Positions 35,041 through 50,100 of a stretch of DNA of 64,000 nt are shown here, in pieces; positions within the stretch are counted from its first letter, which is position 1, and every line of letters begins with the position of its first letter. The stretch lies in assembly GCA_002633005.1 (NCBI GenBank), contig NMRA01000030.1, positions 897,534 through 961,533 of the forward strand. Direction: 5' to 3'. The position numbers were made by a program, and so were the translations under genes. This DNA is from Phoronis australis (lineage: Eukaryota > Animalia > Phoronida). The notes under the pieces were generated by a model. It worked only from the letters and a program-made list of their open reading frames with translations, ran no database searches and was not told where the DNA came from.

Positions 35041-37854
35041 CATGAAGTAATATGAACTTGATTGAACTTTCGGCCATAAATGGTAAAAGTATACTGCAGT
35101 GCCAGAGCCGCAAATTTTCGTAAACAGGTCCCCAAATATAAGACTGTGGTCTATAATGGGAAATTTTAGGGAATCACAATTGGATATTATACGATTTGCA
35201 GTGTTTCACAAAATGAACAGTGTCAGCGAGGTTCAAACAAAAACAAGTCTTTATGGTAAAGCTATCTACTTTCTTTAAGGACGTTTTAGCTTATCTACAA
35301 AAAATGGCACCTCCTATTGGTATCGTTAACTTTCTTAAACTGCAAATTCCCGTCCCCGTCCCATACACATTTCGAACATTCCCTGGAGCTTACAATCACA
35401 AATTCTCGCTAAGGCTAAAAGTAGTTGGAAAGCTATTTTGACACTTATATTAACGGTGTTTGGATGGTAACATAGTGAAGACCGATACTGAAGATGCTGG
35501 CAGGTTTAATGGTATCTGGGTGATTAAAGATGACAAGGGCATATGTCAACCTGTCAACAGTCAATTATTAAGCTTGGCTACTGTTTATCAAAGACAACTT
35601 AATTAGTCTTAATGACCAACCAGACACCGGAACCTGTAGCTTGGTTATCTGACAGAGGACAAGATGAGCGCAGTTCTGTGGACTGGCATTGTTAACAGTC
35701 ATGACCCGCTTCCGAATTTAACAAGTCGGTGAGCTCGGTAAATGTTTGTGAAATGTACGCAGTGCAGTATTCATAATCATAGACTGTGGATAATTCTGTT
35801 CGCTGGATAATCACTGACATTAGTACCGCAAAACAAGATTACTCTTTGAGAGAAAGAGACCATCAAAGGTTGTTTACATTACCAGTAAAAGAACAAAATA
35901 TTTCAAATAAATCCCCCACGTTTGTCGAATATGGAGAACAAAATGTGAGGGTAACAATCGTGCGGTAGGGTAGATAGACTAAGACATCAAGTAGGCAGTC
36001 GCAGGGCCTACGTGCGTCTAGGTCGAGGTAGTTGAATATTCCCAGGATTAAAGAATTGTTAACATTGACTATGGTGAAAAAAGGCACTCAAACTGTAATA
36101 CGTCCATCAATTTTTTGTATTCAATAATTAAATCACATATCTGCGAACGTGTTAACGACGAAAAGTAGGTTTGAACCGATGCCATCTCCGGGACATATGT
36201 CGAACAAATGTTATTTCAACTAATTTCAGTCCGTTTGTAATCAATTTAGAGGAAAAACACATCTTTGTGTTGCATGATCTTCAAACGACTACTTGCGTCT
36301 GAACATGGATTTTATGCAATGTGTCTGAAGAACGCCTAGTTTCCACCTGCTTCAAAAATAAATATAAAATTAAACTTCTCAAAACCACATGTATTTTAAA
36401 AAGACAAGAAAAAGTCTTGGAATTCAACTAACAAATTAGAACTGGTTTGCATTCGTTCATTGATCCAATTGATATTAGGCAACATTTGTGAGTGTATACT
36501 GGGTTTCAAATCATGCTAAACGATTTTTTCGAAGGGCCAGCCCAAACGGATACCTAGGAGTTGAGCTGTCAGCCTCAAGTTTACCATAGCTGAGTGAGCT
36601 GGCAGCTCACTCCAAGACGGTAAGAACTGAATGTTCCTTCAATCACTTTCATTACGGTATCTTGAAGAAGTTCCCGTCTCATGTGACGTTTGTTCACCTG
36701 TCACATCGTTAATATTATAAAGAACAGACAATCTCTAACATTGAGTGATGAGAACACGTTTCTAACATTGTGTGATGAGAACAGATCATTTCTAACAGTG
36801 TGTGGACGAGAACAGACCATTTCTAACACTATATGATGGTTGAAGACCAAGACATTTTGCGAGATAAGAAACAAGAAGGAGTTGTTGACCCACTTCCGTT
36901 GACGTCATACATTGGCTATTCACTTTGTGTTGGTTTTCCGCATGCTGGGCTATAGACCTTATCTGTTGTAGTAATGCGACAAGATGGCGAAGTTTAGAAA
37001 CACGCAAGTGGTCTATCGTTTTCTCGTTCGGTACTAGAAGCAAAACACTCCAAATAAATGTCCCGTTATTATATGATTCTGAAAGTTATCAACTCATCGA
37101 CAATTTTCCGGCCTTCAATTGTCCTTATTGCATAATGATTTGAGCCTACACCGGACTTTGGCGCCTGCGCTCTAACCATGCTGTCAAACAGCTTGCGTGC
37201 CATTGATACAATCAAATGACGTTAGTTGATTGTTTTCCATTAAGGAACGTTGTTTATCTCTATAACGTCATATTTTCACAAAATGTATTCGATTGTTCCT
37301 TTATCCATTCCGAATATCTCTAGGACGTTTTTTAAACTCTACAAAGTTTAGGGTAAAAATGGAAGCTGATTGACCGAACGAGTGATCAACATACGATCGG
37401 AATCCTAAACATAGCCTCCTTTCCTTACATTTTTAGGTCGTGTAATCATGTAATAAAACAATTATTGGCTTCCCCACAATGTGTTTGTTTTCACACCCAA
37501 AAATGCAATAATCATCTGGGCTCTGCCTCCGTTATCACACTTCTGGGATTGAAAACAACGGTATTGACCTCGGTGCAACTCAATTGTACCCGAATGGCAT
37601 TAGTTTGCTGGTTCGAATTAAAGTAAGATCAAGGGACATTAGATATTACACAAGTAAGATCAAGGGACATTAGATATTACACGAGTAAGCGAAGTCTAAT
37701 TACTAACCCAGGCATTGAAATAAAATGTTATTTCAAGTTTGACGACCATTTTTGCTGACTGTTAAATCTGAAAACATTTATTTAAACTGCGCAAATGTCA
37801 AGTAAGATAGCAATGGGCGCCTTAAAAACAACCCCTTTTAAGGAAAGGTGGATC

Positions 37855-37949
37855 TTTTAACCACATATTAATAAAGCATAAAAATATTTCCAGGTGATCA
37901 GTGCAATGGGCCCACATGCGAGGCCTGCGCACGTCTGGTACAACGTGTA
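37855..37949. repeat. ~95-bp dispersed repeat, copy 2
   Basis: Matches 32847-32940. Confidence 0.9.
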
Positions 37950-39742
37950 TCAGACCGCCTGCAATTATTTTTTTATAAAAGGTGGATCTCATAAGAGACA
38001 AAGCTTATGATTTTAAGTTCAGAGGTTAACAGCTAAAAATCCGACAGTAATGTCAAGAATGTTCATTTAAATACTCGCAAATTATGATCACTTACAGATA
38101 TTTCGGTTTCAATGACGAGCACTTAGGGAGACATGCCGATGCCATTCAAAATTCTACATTTACAGGTTCATGCTTATTTCCTTCGGATTTCAGTAGCCGA
38201 AATTGCAAATACATGATTGAATAGTAGCTAATAAATGTAACGAAACAAGAAATATTTCTTTCTAGTTGTCTTCAAAGAGCAATAAGCAATGACTTTTTCA
38301 CCTTGAAGAAAACATAACCTGTAAGACAGTACTTAGCCATGGAAATAACAGTTCTTACACGCACAATTTGTTCACAACAAAGTGGCTTTGAAGAAAATAC
38401 AAACGGTAAAGCAGAGCAAACACGTGAATTCTATTAAAAATGGATTTGAAGAAAAAATCTGGTAGAAACAATAAAAATGTTTTAATAACTAGTAAAACAA
38501 TACTTAGTCGTCACATTTACCAGCAACAAAAACGATTTTTAAGAAAATAGAAGTGGTAAAAATGCAGTTCCTTATTAATACTGGTGAAACATAGTTACTT
38601 GATCATCAAATCTAATTTATACAACCTCAGGTTAATGCAGTACCGTGGTACACATTAACCAGAATCCTTACTTGTACCAAACTGACACGCTGAGTTGAAG
38701 TTGTTCGCTCATTCTGATCTCGTTGTTTATGCATACCTAAAGATTGGCATACTTCCATCATGTCGTTTTGAATCACCGGTCAGTATCAACTAGCTCATTT
38801 GGCAGGAGTCAGATGAGCGAATTATGAATCAGGCAAAGCGAAAAACGTGATCCAAGATTTTATAAGAGGCATGAGTCAATCATGGTTGATTGGTGACACC
38901 CAGTTGTCTATGGTACCTCTCGTGAAGAAGCTGTTGATTAAAGCTCTGCATGCCTTACTTCCCCCATTGAAACACGTCCATTACGAAGTCGTGCATTATT
39001 TGCAATACAAACTGCCTGCAAACTTCAGAACTACTTAACACATATTTATTCTAATTTAAATCTACATTTTAATCGTTTCATCACGCTGTAAAAACTTGTA
39101 GTAATATAGTAATAAGTTACAAACGTGAAAAAATGAAACACATTTGTACCGTTTTAATTATGAAACCAATACGCTTGCATATTCATTTGTTTGCTCTATT
39201 TCGCTCTAGTTTCCGTGTTTTATATTTTTGTTAAACTTTGGAGTCTGCTGACGTAGATGTCTTTAGTATAGGAATTGTCTCTGAATTTATAAAAGAAAAC
39301 TCTAAGTGCTCCCTCAATTTACAAGTCATTCACGTGGAATAATAGAACAACAACACGGGTCATTTGCACTTTTGCACTCGCCAGTTACAAAAAAATTGAC
39401 AGTAAAAGTCGAATAACTTGAACAAACTGACTAACAGCTGGGCTTAACACTTCATAGCCCAATGCCTCTCAGAATTAATAAGAGATTTAGGATATTTGAT
39501 GTATGCAAATAAACTACTTGCTGTTTTCCAAACTTGATAGAAAAGTGTCACCAAATCGCGATGTTGAAACCAGCTTGCGGTCCAACCTCAAGCGAGTTCT
39601 TGTTGCGTTATGACGGGTTAGCAACACAACGCCAAGGAAAGTGGTACCAAACCCCTCCTTGTATCTTATTTCGAAAAGGGTCTACTCAATATACTAAGCA
39701 ACCTGAATTGCCAGTTACTGATATTTGTATCCTAGGAATTAA

Positions 39743-40024
39743 AATCACCGTGGCTACATAATATTCAAGTCATTATATGTTCGACTATATACTCGTGTAA
39801 TCACCGTGGCTACATAATATTCAAGTCATTATATGTTCGACTATATACTCATGTAATCACCGTGGCTACATAATATTCAAGTCATTATATGTTCGACTAC
39901 ATACTCGTGTAATCACCGAGGCTACATAATATTCAAGTCATTATATGTTAGACTATGTACTCTTGTAATCACCGTGGCTACATAATATTCAAGTCATTAT
40001 ACATTCGACAATATATCCATGTAA
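39743..40024. repeat. 56-bp minisatellite, 5 copies
   Basis: Unit aatcaccgtggctacataatattcaagtcattatatgttcgactatatactcgtgt. Confidence 0.95.
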
Positions 40025-42594
40025 GTGTTAGATTTGATATAACACATTACTAACAATTAGTAGTAGAGCCACGTTTCTCAAAACAGTATTTGAAACTTTC
40101 CAGGGTTGTTTCTTGCCAATCATAATGTATTTTGTCTACCAGAGCGTATGAGTTACCAGAACATATCTTATCTTCCATGTCATATTTTGTCTCCAGAGCG
40201 GTATCCTGTGTGTAAGAACGTCTCTTGTTTATCGTTGTCTATCGGTACATACTGTGGCTTATCACAACTAAGTTCTCTAATAAAACGTGTCTTGTCCAAG
40301 GAAACGTATCTTGTCTAACAGATCTGAATATACATTGTCTGCCGTAATGTATCTTGTCCGCCAGAATGTATGAATCTTGTCTAACAACATATCTGACCGC
40401 TGATGCTAAATGTTCTTATTTTGTTTTGTTTTCCCCTACATCAATGGCAGTAAACGTACTCGTCTAACTTCCTTATATATTTGCACAATATGTTTATTCT
40501 TCTTCGCCTACTTACTTACTTATTTATGTGCGTGAATGACACTTACACAATATTTACTTGTTCACTTAGTTATTTTTAATAATATACTGAGAATGTAAAT
40601 TATTTAATCACAGAATGGCGCTGTGACTAGCTGCATACCTTCAAGTTCATCGTTTATGACAATTTTTAGAGTGTCGGACATTTAACCTGATATAAAAAGA
40701 AAATCGGTCAACTCTCACGGTGATTTAACCCGTGAAATTCACAAGTTTACATTGAAATAATAAAGTTTATATTTAACAGATGTATTGTTACACTTTCATG
40801 GACTTCAAATAAAAGTCTTATTAAACTCTCAACGTGACTTGCATTCCTCTTTATAATTACAATAGTGCCTGTGACTTTCAACAAAAAGCGGGGACTACAT
40901 GATAATTACTCTTATTGAACGTTTCTAATCAACTTCTGTTTTGATGACAGGTCAAGGAGAGAACAAAGTATTCAATGTTTTCGAAAACCCCTTTTCTACG
41001 AAATGTTCATGGAACCCATGCCGATGGAATTGTACGCAGTGAATTGGGACACGTCATTTTTAACCAAATTTAGTGCCCTGAACGCCAACATGCTACTAGT
41101 ATCAGAGATAATCTTTACTTAAAAGTCGGTGAGGTTTTACAATGAAACATTAGCACAAGTGCTATTATCCGACAATTTAAAAAACTAAAAATTTCAATTA
41201 CAAAAACTTAAACTACAAGCTAATTACACAGTACACATAAAAAATAGTTAACAAACAGAACTTTGATACAATTATGAACACAATTTTAAGCTTAACACAG
41301 ATCATTCGGGACAAGGGCAAGAGAAAACGAATGCTAACAAGCCATAAAGTACGAGAGAGGTGAAAATAACGTTTCCCGTCGTTCGCTGATAATCTCTCAG
41401 TATTCCTTATGGTGATACAAAGCAAACGCCACCATGGTAAGGTCCAGTTTGTTGGAGTTAACTAGTCCCATTTTAGTCCGTAACGCCTCTTTCAGTTTCA
41501 AATTCCCCACTCTGTCGTGGTATAGCCAAACGTAAAACATTCATGATCACATTGCTATTGAGGCAATTTATTCAAGCAACACTACTTTTGAACATTAACA
41601 CGATTGGTGATGATGTACATACCTTTGTCATCTCATGTCATAGACAACTTCTTCACTCGATCTAAGGTAACACCTTTTACAACCGCCTTCTCAGCCGCAA
41701 GAACATATATTAATATGGGTGACACGACACATGTCTTAAAGTCAGGTATAATCCACTTAAAGTAAATAACAGGGTTACACCAATCTTCAAAACAGATAAA
41801 ACATCTTTAAACCGGCTAACACTTTTGTATTTGTTAAGAAAAGAAAAGGGCAATAGAACTGTTAGGGTTCACTAAACTATTACATAACCCTTCCACTCAA
41901 ATCACAAAGAAATAGTTCGCCAGTATAATCATCAAAGTAAAGATTTGCTCCAATATTTTTCAGTTCGTTGCTCATGCTACAAATGATTGATATCATAATA
42001 ATAAATTGGTAGGATCAATAAAACAATTTGTCACTGGTTAACAGCAGGAAGTAATTTTTTTTAAAAGATTTCTATAGGAAATCACAAATGGAAAACACCT
42101 GCCCGCATGCAGTCATCAAACACATTGCGCTTTTCACCAACGAGGCACCTAGACTTTCTGCATAACCGTGCGTCTGGGGCGCACAAAATTCTGCCTTCAC
42201 GCATGCTGTTCCCCTCTCGCATTCATATTCCCGGCCTCAATAACTCTAGAACACATTTCTTTGCTCGCGGAAAGACCAACCTCCCGCACATTAATCCCTG
42301 CCAGCGAAAGTTAGTATATAACTTCGCACACCTTTCGGTTCATTTTGCATGACCTTATATAAAGTTTCTACGCACAAATCAATTGTGAAAAGTTTCTACT
42401 TGTAAACACATTCCCACTACTTATCAATTATTCGTTCAGAATCATTTCTCAACCAATCGATAATTTTTGCAATGAAGTTTGATAAACTGGGTGATGTTAA
42501 GGTATGTAGTTAGAAAAAGACTATTTTCATTTGGTTTTACGATACTCAAATAAGTTATTGAAAACAACATGAAACGTCTACGAGAATAGTCCAA

Positions 42595-42982
42595 AATGGA
42601 GCCACGGGAAGGGAATGTTCTGCGGGCAGGAAAGTGGGGCCAAAGGAAGAGAATAATCTGCGGGCGGGAAAGTGGGACCACAGGAAGGGAATAATCTGCG
42701 GGCGCTTGAAAGTGGGGCTACAAGAAGGGAATAATGTGCGGGAGCCTGAAAGTGTTGCTACAGGAATGGAATGATCTGCGGCGGAAAGTGGGGCCACAGA
42801 AAAGGAATAATCTGCGGGCTGTTGAGAATGGGGCTACAGGAAGGAAATAATCTGCGGGCGCTTGAAAGTGGGGAAGCAGGAAGGAAATAATCTGCGGGCA
42901 CTTGAAAGTGAAGCCACAGGAAGGGAATAATCTGCGGGCGCTTGAAAGAGGGGCCACAGGCAGGAAATAATCGGCGGGCGCA
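42595..42982. repeat. ~33-39-bp GC-rich minisatellite, probably internal to a non-autonomous DNA transposon (~42050-43130)
   Basis: Unit gggccacaggaagggaataatctgcgggcgcttgaaagt, about 10 copies. Confidence 0.9.
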
Positions 42983-45900
42983 GGGTTGGATCTTCCTTGA
43001 TTAAAAAAGTGTGTCCGCGAGACGGAAAAATAATCATGGGAGGGATTATAGGCGTCCATAAGAGTGGTATAGGGCCGTGCAGCAGAGGAGACGTTTGTGA
43101 GCGGGACCTGGTACATATGTACTTTGAAACCATTTTTCTCCAGGAATCATGATTAATTAATTTCAACAGTTGTTGATCAGTAAAATCTAAGCCTGTGAGT
43201 ACCTGCAAGGTGTTTGTATCCCAATTAAAACACGGAGACTACAAAAACATGAACTTACTACGTAGACTACGACTAGCATTTATACAATCCAACACTTTGC
43301 AGATTGCATCTTCTGGTATTCAAAAACTGGATGCCAAATCGGTGTGCACAACTTTTGAAAAAATAAACAGAACCATATTTGTTTATACTGTGTTTAAAGC
43401 TCTTACCTAAAATCTGGGTCTTCAGTACATGGACTAACAAATGGCAAAAACACACATGAATGTGTTCAGTCTAAAGTCACTTTACGTAAGTAAATCAACA
43501 CCAGATATCAGAATATTGTCGCCACATTCTTCAACATGAGCTGGCCCCTAAATTCAACACAATTCAAAATAATCAAAAAATCAAATTGTGTGATCCACGG
43601 CAGGGAGTTCAGTGGATTCATTTCGTTGTGGTCACGTTTAGTTCATTGCGGCAATGAGCACAAGAAAAATGTTATTCATGTAATTACTATAAACATCGTC
43701 TTCAATAATTTCGAAGAATTTCAATTCATGCCGTATGAAGCACAGAAACACATCATCATACACAAAAGTCGTTGGCCAAAAGGGAATGTTGCGTCACATA
43801 AATTACGCACGTAAATTACGTAAATTGACTGTTACTGGAGCAACGCAACTCCGGCCAGCGCCAGCGCACACGATACGATTTTCAATCGCTGATAACGTCA
43901 CTGTTAAAAGTTGTTATGTGTTGGGCTAGTTCACGACATCTTTGTAAAAAGGTCCAATCGAAAAACAACTTGTCGAGCCTTTTTGTACTGTGTGTGCTTG
44001 ATGATGACCATTTGGCTTGATCAAGGACAAAATCAACAACCAGAATTTCAGATAGGACGCAAAATGGAAGTTCGAACGTGTCAGCAAGGAGTGTACACGC
44101 TCGAGCTGAACATGAGAATTACGGTATGCGCATACTGTGCGCCATCTTGAATTTCCACACTCTGAACATGATACCGTGTAGTATCCTAAAATTTATGGTT
44201 TCCAATATTTTCTGGGACGGAGAGTCCATTTCTGATATTGTTTTATTGATGCAAGGTCAAAATCAAGGTCAAATGAGAGGTCATAGGTCACGTTGAACTG
44301 TTGCAAGTCGTACAAGTGTATAGGGTACAATACGATGGAAGTCCACTACAAGTGTACCACAGCAACAGATTCTCTCCCATGTGTTGTGATTATATTTCAC
44401 ACAAACTGTAAAAAATGGGTTTTTGGGAAACATCTGTCGCGTGCAATGATACGTCCACAGATTACGCCAGCCCCGTTCAGTGACACTCCAAGCTTCATTC
44501 ATGTAGTTGTCTGATCGACACAGTGGGAGCAGTATAGATGTTTCGAAATGATTAGGTGATCCGGTAAGCTGTCTCGTAGCAGAAATTATAGTGGAAATGA
44601 CTTCCGCGCAATTTGACTTCAGTAGAAATTTTGTTCAGTGACATCATGGTGGTCTAGACTTTTTCATAAGTCACGCTACCCGGCCCACACTCGTAGTTCT
44701 ACGTTTAATTGCTAATGCACATTAAATACCACTTTAATAAGAATAAAAAATATTTGTGAAACGTTATAAAGGTGACTGTCTTTCACGCTGTGCTTGCTCG
44801 AAAATAGCCTATGGTGTACATTGGCATATATTCATCTGATCGTGACTAAGCCGGTCTACCACATGGATTGTACTTTTATCAACGATAGGCCGTTTCCTCT
44901 TTTGTTCTCTATACATCCGGGTCTCCATTGCAAGTGGCCCAAGTGCATCATAAAACCTTCTCACCGTTTTCCTTCACAACCAATGTTTGTGGGACAAAGA
45001 TGGCGGATTAACATGTTACCGCGAAATGGTTGGTTGTAATTATTAGCTTGATTGACACGTCAGAACTATCCATTTACCGACAACTTTTGGCAGATAAAAA
45101 TCGCGACACCTCCCGATAAAAATCGCGACACCTCCCGATAAAAATCGCATCTGCGCTGTCCTTGACAACGCAAAGTACGCATGTAAAGAATAAATTTACG
45201 GCGTTATTATGAATTTCCCCGTTAAGACTTAATTTACCTGAGAAATATACGCACGTAAAGGGTACGTCTGAACGAGAAAATCAGCCGAGACTGACCATGG
45301 GCGTAAATCAAATGAGCCGATCCTTGGAGTTCTTTTCTCTGCGTTGTGTACGCTTAGAACCCAGAGTTGAGTTCACGAAAAATGTCGTATCTGTCTTCTG
45401 AAGGGGTATTATAATTGACAAAATGCAGAATATTGGACGAATATTTTTTATTGACTGGCACCAAGGAGCAGGAATTTTTTGTCTAACAGTTTTCGGCACA
45501 TAAACTTTCACACGAAGTTGGAAACAGTATGCAATTTTACAACGGGAACTTTTTCTTAACACATGCCCACAAGTTACAAAAGCTCGGAAAACAATCCAGA
45601 AAATTAGATACTTGACACCATTAGCATAGCAATTTCTCCATAAAGAACGTATTATTGAGCAAGAAAATGGCAGGAAAGGATGACAGGGTAAAACTAGAGA
45701 GAGCAATAACAACATAAAGGTAATAATTAATTTATGACGTTAACATAACTTACTCCCTTAACAATTAACTTAATATACAATTAAAAATTAAACTTGACGG
45801 TTATACTAATTCACGCGATTAATAATTGCTTAATAATGAATTTAGGCTGCTAATTTAGTACACAAGTCAGGTTCCCCATTTGGCCAACAAGGTCCCATGA

Positions 45901-46264
45901 ATGCTTTGCTGTCATTAAACATGACACGGATCAACTTTAACTATTACAGAATTTCTAGGCTCACGAGCCAGGACAGTGGATAAAATAACAATCCCACTTT
46001 CGGCTTTGGTGCGTTCAGAGTAAAACTAGGACCAAAAAGTACGATAAGTCGTGGATTCATACTTTTAAAAAGACTTAAACAAGTAAGGCCGAATCAATGT
46101 CATCTTAAATCAACTGAAAATTTTTAGATTTCCAGGAAGTCAGTTGCAAAACTGAAATTATTTGCCAAAGTTTTTTCCTTCTACCTATAATTGTATGTTT
46201 TCAAGGCAACATTTTTGTCATAATTGTTGTGAACACATATGATGATAATGCCTTGAAGTTCGTA

Positions 46265-46635
46265 CTATACTGATGGCAAACAAAACAGTAGATTATGATA
46301 CCATATTAACTGTTGGTAATGACTTCTTGCTATACTGATGACAAACAAAACAGTATATCATGATACCATATTAATTGTTGATCATGAGTTCGTAATATAC
46401 TGATGACAAACAAGACACTATATCATGATACCTTATTAATTGTTGAAAAAAAACTTCGCACTATACTGATGACAAACGAGACAGTATATCATGATACCAG
46501 ACTAATTGTTGATAATGCCTTCGCACTATACTGAGAACAAACAAGACATCATATCACGATACCACATTAATTGTTGATAATGACTTCGAATTATACTGAC
46601 CACGAATAAGACAGTATCGTGATACCATATTAATG
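46265..46635. repeat. ~65-bp minisatellite, 6 copies
   Basis: Unit tatactgatgacaaacaa(a/g)acagtatatcatgataccatattaattgttgataatgacttcg. Confidence 0.92.
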
Positions 46636-46955
46636 GTTAGCCTATTCAGTCAGTCACGTTAACCAATGATCTCGTGTTAACAAAACTCATAGATGAAATC
46701 TGCCAGCGAAAATGGAATAACCAAGCCGCTAAACGAAATATCCGTAAGAGCCTAATTGTTATTCAGGCGGGCCCAATAAGTGGTCTTGTATTTGACCAGT
46801 GCCCAGTGTCTCGTCTTGAAGGGACATTTTTGTTTGAACTGTGAAACAAACGCAGTCTATTCACCATAACAAGTAACAACAAAATGGTCACTGATGTCTG
46901 AATCTCATCTCATTCGGCATATTTACAGTTTGGCATAGATTTGCTTAACATCAAA

Positions 46956-47176
46956 CATGAGCGGCGCAGCACTGAAAAAGTGGGGGGGGGGGNNNNNNNA
47001 GCCCTCTCAGCCCCCTGTGGTGCATCGCCTATAGACCATGTGCGGCGCAGCACTAAAAAAGTGGGGGGCTAAATCCCCCTCAGCCCCCCGTGGTGCATCG
47101 CCTATAGACCATGTGCGGCGTAGCACTGAAAAAAGTGGGGCTATAGCCCGCAGCCCCCTATGGTGCGGCGCCCATG
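46956..47176. mobile_element. Tandem trimer of the ~70-bp hAT-like mini-MITE with 5-bp TSD (tcaaa); contains an N gap at 46993-46999
   Basis: catgagcggcgca ... tgcggcgcccatg flanked by tcaaa on both sides. Confidence 0.85.
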
Positions 47177-50100
47177 TCAAATGGTAATGACTAATCACCA
47201 TTAATATCTGTCACCATCGTCAACGTCGTCGTCTTCAACAACAATCATCGTCGTTGGCGTCATCATCATTATTATTGTCCGCTGAAATAGTGAAAGTTAA
47301 AGAAAATGGAAATTTAATAATTAAAATTTCTCAACTGGCGGCACATCCTTTAATATTTAAGAAGCATACGAGTGATGTTGTATCCTTGGAGACATTTCAC
47401 AGCATGTGCCTAATTAACCATTTGCAGACGAAGACTAATAGTGCACTACCTATACCCGCTCATCTGCAGTGAATATTTAGTAAGCATCAAGAAACTATTT
47501 CCTAATCGGTTATAAAACGAGATCAAAAAGAAACATTTCGCCTGCAACTCATCAAGGTTCAATGAAACTGACGAGAACTGATCAGATGCTGGAGTATTAA
47601 GATCGACCCCAACTCCAAGTTTCAGCAATTATAACTACGTCACGAAACGCAACGTCATGCTATCTAACAGCGTTTTTTTCTCATGAGTATATTTTTCCAT
47701 TATCTGTGTTATGTTACAGATGCACCGTAATTCTCTTTCTACGAATGCAATTATTTCTCACTAACTACTTTTTCTTGCTCTCTCACAAGCACGTGCTTGG
47801 CAGCCTACGATATTCCGAAACCGGCTACAGGTACAGCTACGCAAAGGTGCGCTTCACGCGTAAGAGACAACTGCAGTAGATACAAAAGGAAATATGGCGC
47901 GAGATAAAAGAATGTTCAGACAAAAGGATGCACGCCCAGCTAAAGAGGAAGAAAGATTGGCCATCTTGAAAACTGCTCGGCTATTATAATAAGTTGAGAA
48001 ACCCATCGAGAAACGGCAATTGTGATTTTAAGTATATTTAACTAAGTCATTGTACGAAATTCAAAAAGAAATCTCCAAAGAAAGGCCCACCTAACTATAA
48101 CAGCATCAAACTAGTGTTTACGTGGGACACTCGTAGTCAAATGGTACATTCCTGAAATAATATTTCATACGTGTCGCTCGCTACCGGGAAGAAACCATTC
48201 AGTTGATACACACGTAACTTGGTCATAAACTCTTAGAGATTTACTAATTCAGAAAGTATTTCAGTCAAATGCAAAAAATGCAAGTTCCACATTATAAAAT
48301 TAGACTTTCGTTTTTAATCAAACTGCCACTGTTTAAAGCCACTTACATGAAAAGTCAGAAGTGAGAATAAGCTCTCGCACAACCTACCTGAACAACCGCA
48401 GATACACACATATCCAGCATGTGTTGCGGCAAACATACTTTGGTGGCAGGCATTGACCTAGCCGAATGACTTTCATAACACGTAGTCTGAAACTCATCAC
48501 AAGTCAATATCATATTGACAGAGTGACTTATGGGTAAGCGCAGAATCATCTGCTGTTACAAAGATCTTGTGTCAACGAAAGTGCCAACGCACGGACATTA
48601 GAGTCTCGCTGGCAGTTAGGAGACATTTTCTTGGAGAAAATAAATAATTCCTGAAAACACACAATCTGTGAAAGCATGACAAATATTTTACAAGAAATAA
48701 CATACGAATAGTAAAATGCCGGTACGAAAACAACGGTAGCTATCCCTGATAAAATGTGCTCGACAAGTGTGTCTCAACAGCGCTAACACTGACTGATTGT
48801 ATCAGTGAATCTCATCAAGCACATACGATGCAGTTCGATTTAGAATTGCTGAATTGTAGTTTTAGTCAAATCCACAACTTTATTCGACACCCAAAAAATT
48901 GAAGCGTGTAACTTACATTATTATTTCATGTATAACATGACACATCCAAGATAGAATAGGTGCAGAAGGAATATTTTTACCATTTTGAAAAAAATGAAAT
49001 TTTCAAATTAAAAACAAAAATAAAAAAATAAGAAAACTGGCGACTTCAGAGAAGTTAAATAATTAGTGCCCATGTCAGTTAAGTAAACATTCTAATAGCA
49101 TTTCCTAACTTAGGTAAGTAGTGTTCTATTGATTAAGTAAACATGCTAACACTTCCGAGATAACATAAACAAGGCTACATATTTTGACAATAATTTTCTC
49201 CCACAAGACCAATTTGTTTAATAAGATGTTTAATCCAAACCACTCAGACCTGATTACTTTTAAACCAATTAAAGGCGGACACTACCGTTTTAAGCACATT
49301 AGGGAATAGCTGGGATATTTTGGCGAGGCATCATAGAGTTTATGGTAACATGTTGAACATGTAGAGTCTATGGTAACATGTTGAACATCATAGAGTCTAT
49401 GGTAACATGTTGAACATCATGTGAAGAACGTTGCCCTAAAAGATAAAATTTCTTAGGTGGATAAAAAGGCACACTAAAACCAAATGTATGGGGCATGTCC
49501 TTAAAGCGACATAATGCACTTTCTGGGATAGTGTATGTTGCATGGCCTTACGCTCAAATATAAAGTCATACAGTTTCTTAAAATATAGGACCATTCGTTA
49601 TTTTTCAAATATTTCTGTCAATCCAGCATGACTACAACGGTAAGTATTGTCAAAACGTGTGAAGTCAATTAGCCAAGGCCTTGTAGGCGAAATAATACAT
49701 TTTCTGGGATGAGTTAATGAATTATTTAAAGCGACATTATAGGTTTAAGGCCGAGAAACGTATTTTTGGGATTATCGTTGATTAGATTAGATTAAGTCTT
49801 CTTGGAGTTATTTGCCTTTTACACGAGTTATTAGAGGTAAAAAACAACACAATCCGTTGTTTTTGTTATTTTATAACAAATCGGCAATTCTCGCCGTTGT
49901 CTGCGAGACATCCACTGAGATCAAGGCCGCTGGCTTCCTATGTCGGCCAGCAGAGCGTTAGACTGCGACCACGGTTGTTGGCTCGATTACGTGCTGTGGG
50001 GTGATCTTAAAAAATCTTGTTTTCTCGCCATGTCATTTTAAAAATGCGACGACCACACTCGTATATAACTGGCCATGAACTTAATTCTACTACCACTGCT

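Noticed and set aside
39743-40024. CRISPR-like regular arrays (also 2170-2600, 8815-9378, 46265-46635)
   Set aside because: Units are contiguous with no unique spacers, there are no cas genes, and the context is eukaryotic
42442-43208. Overlapping minus-strand ORFs of 79-132 aa
   Set aside because: They derive from the GC-rich minisatellite
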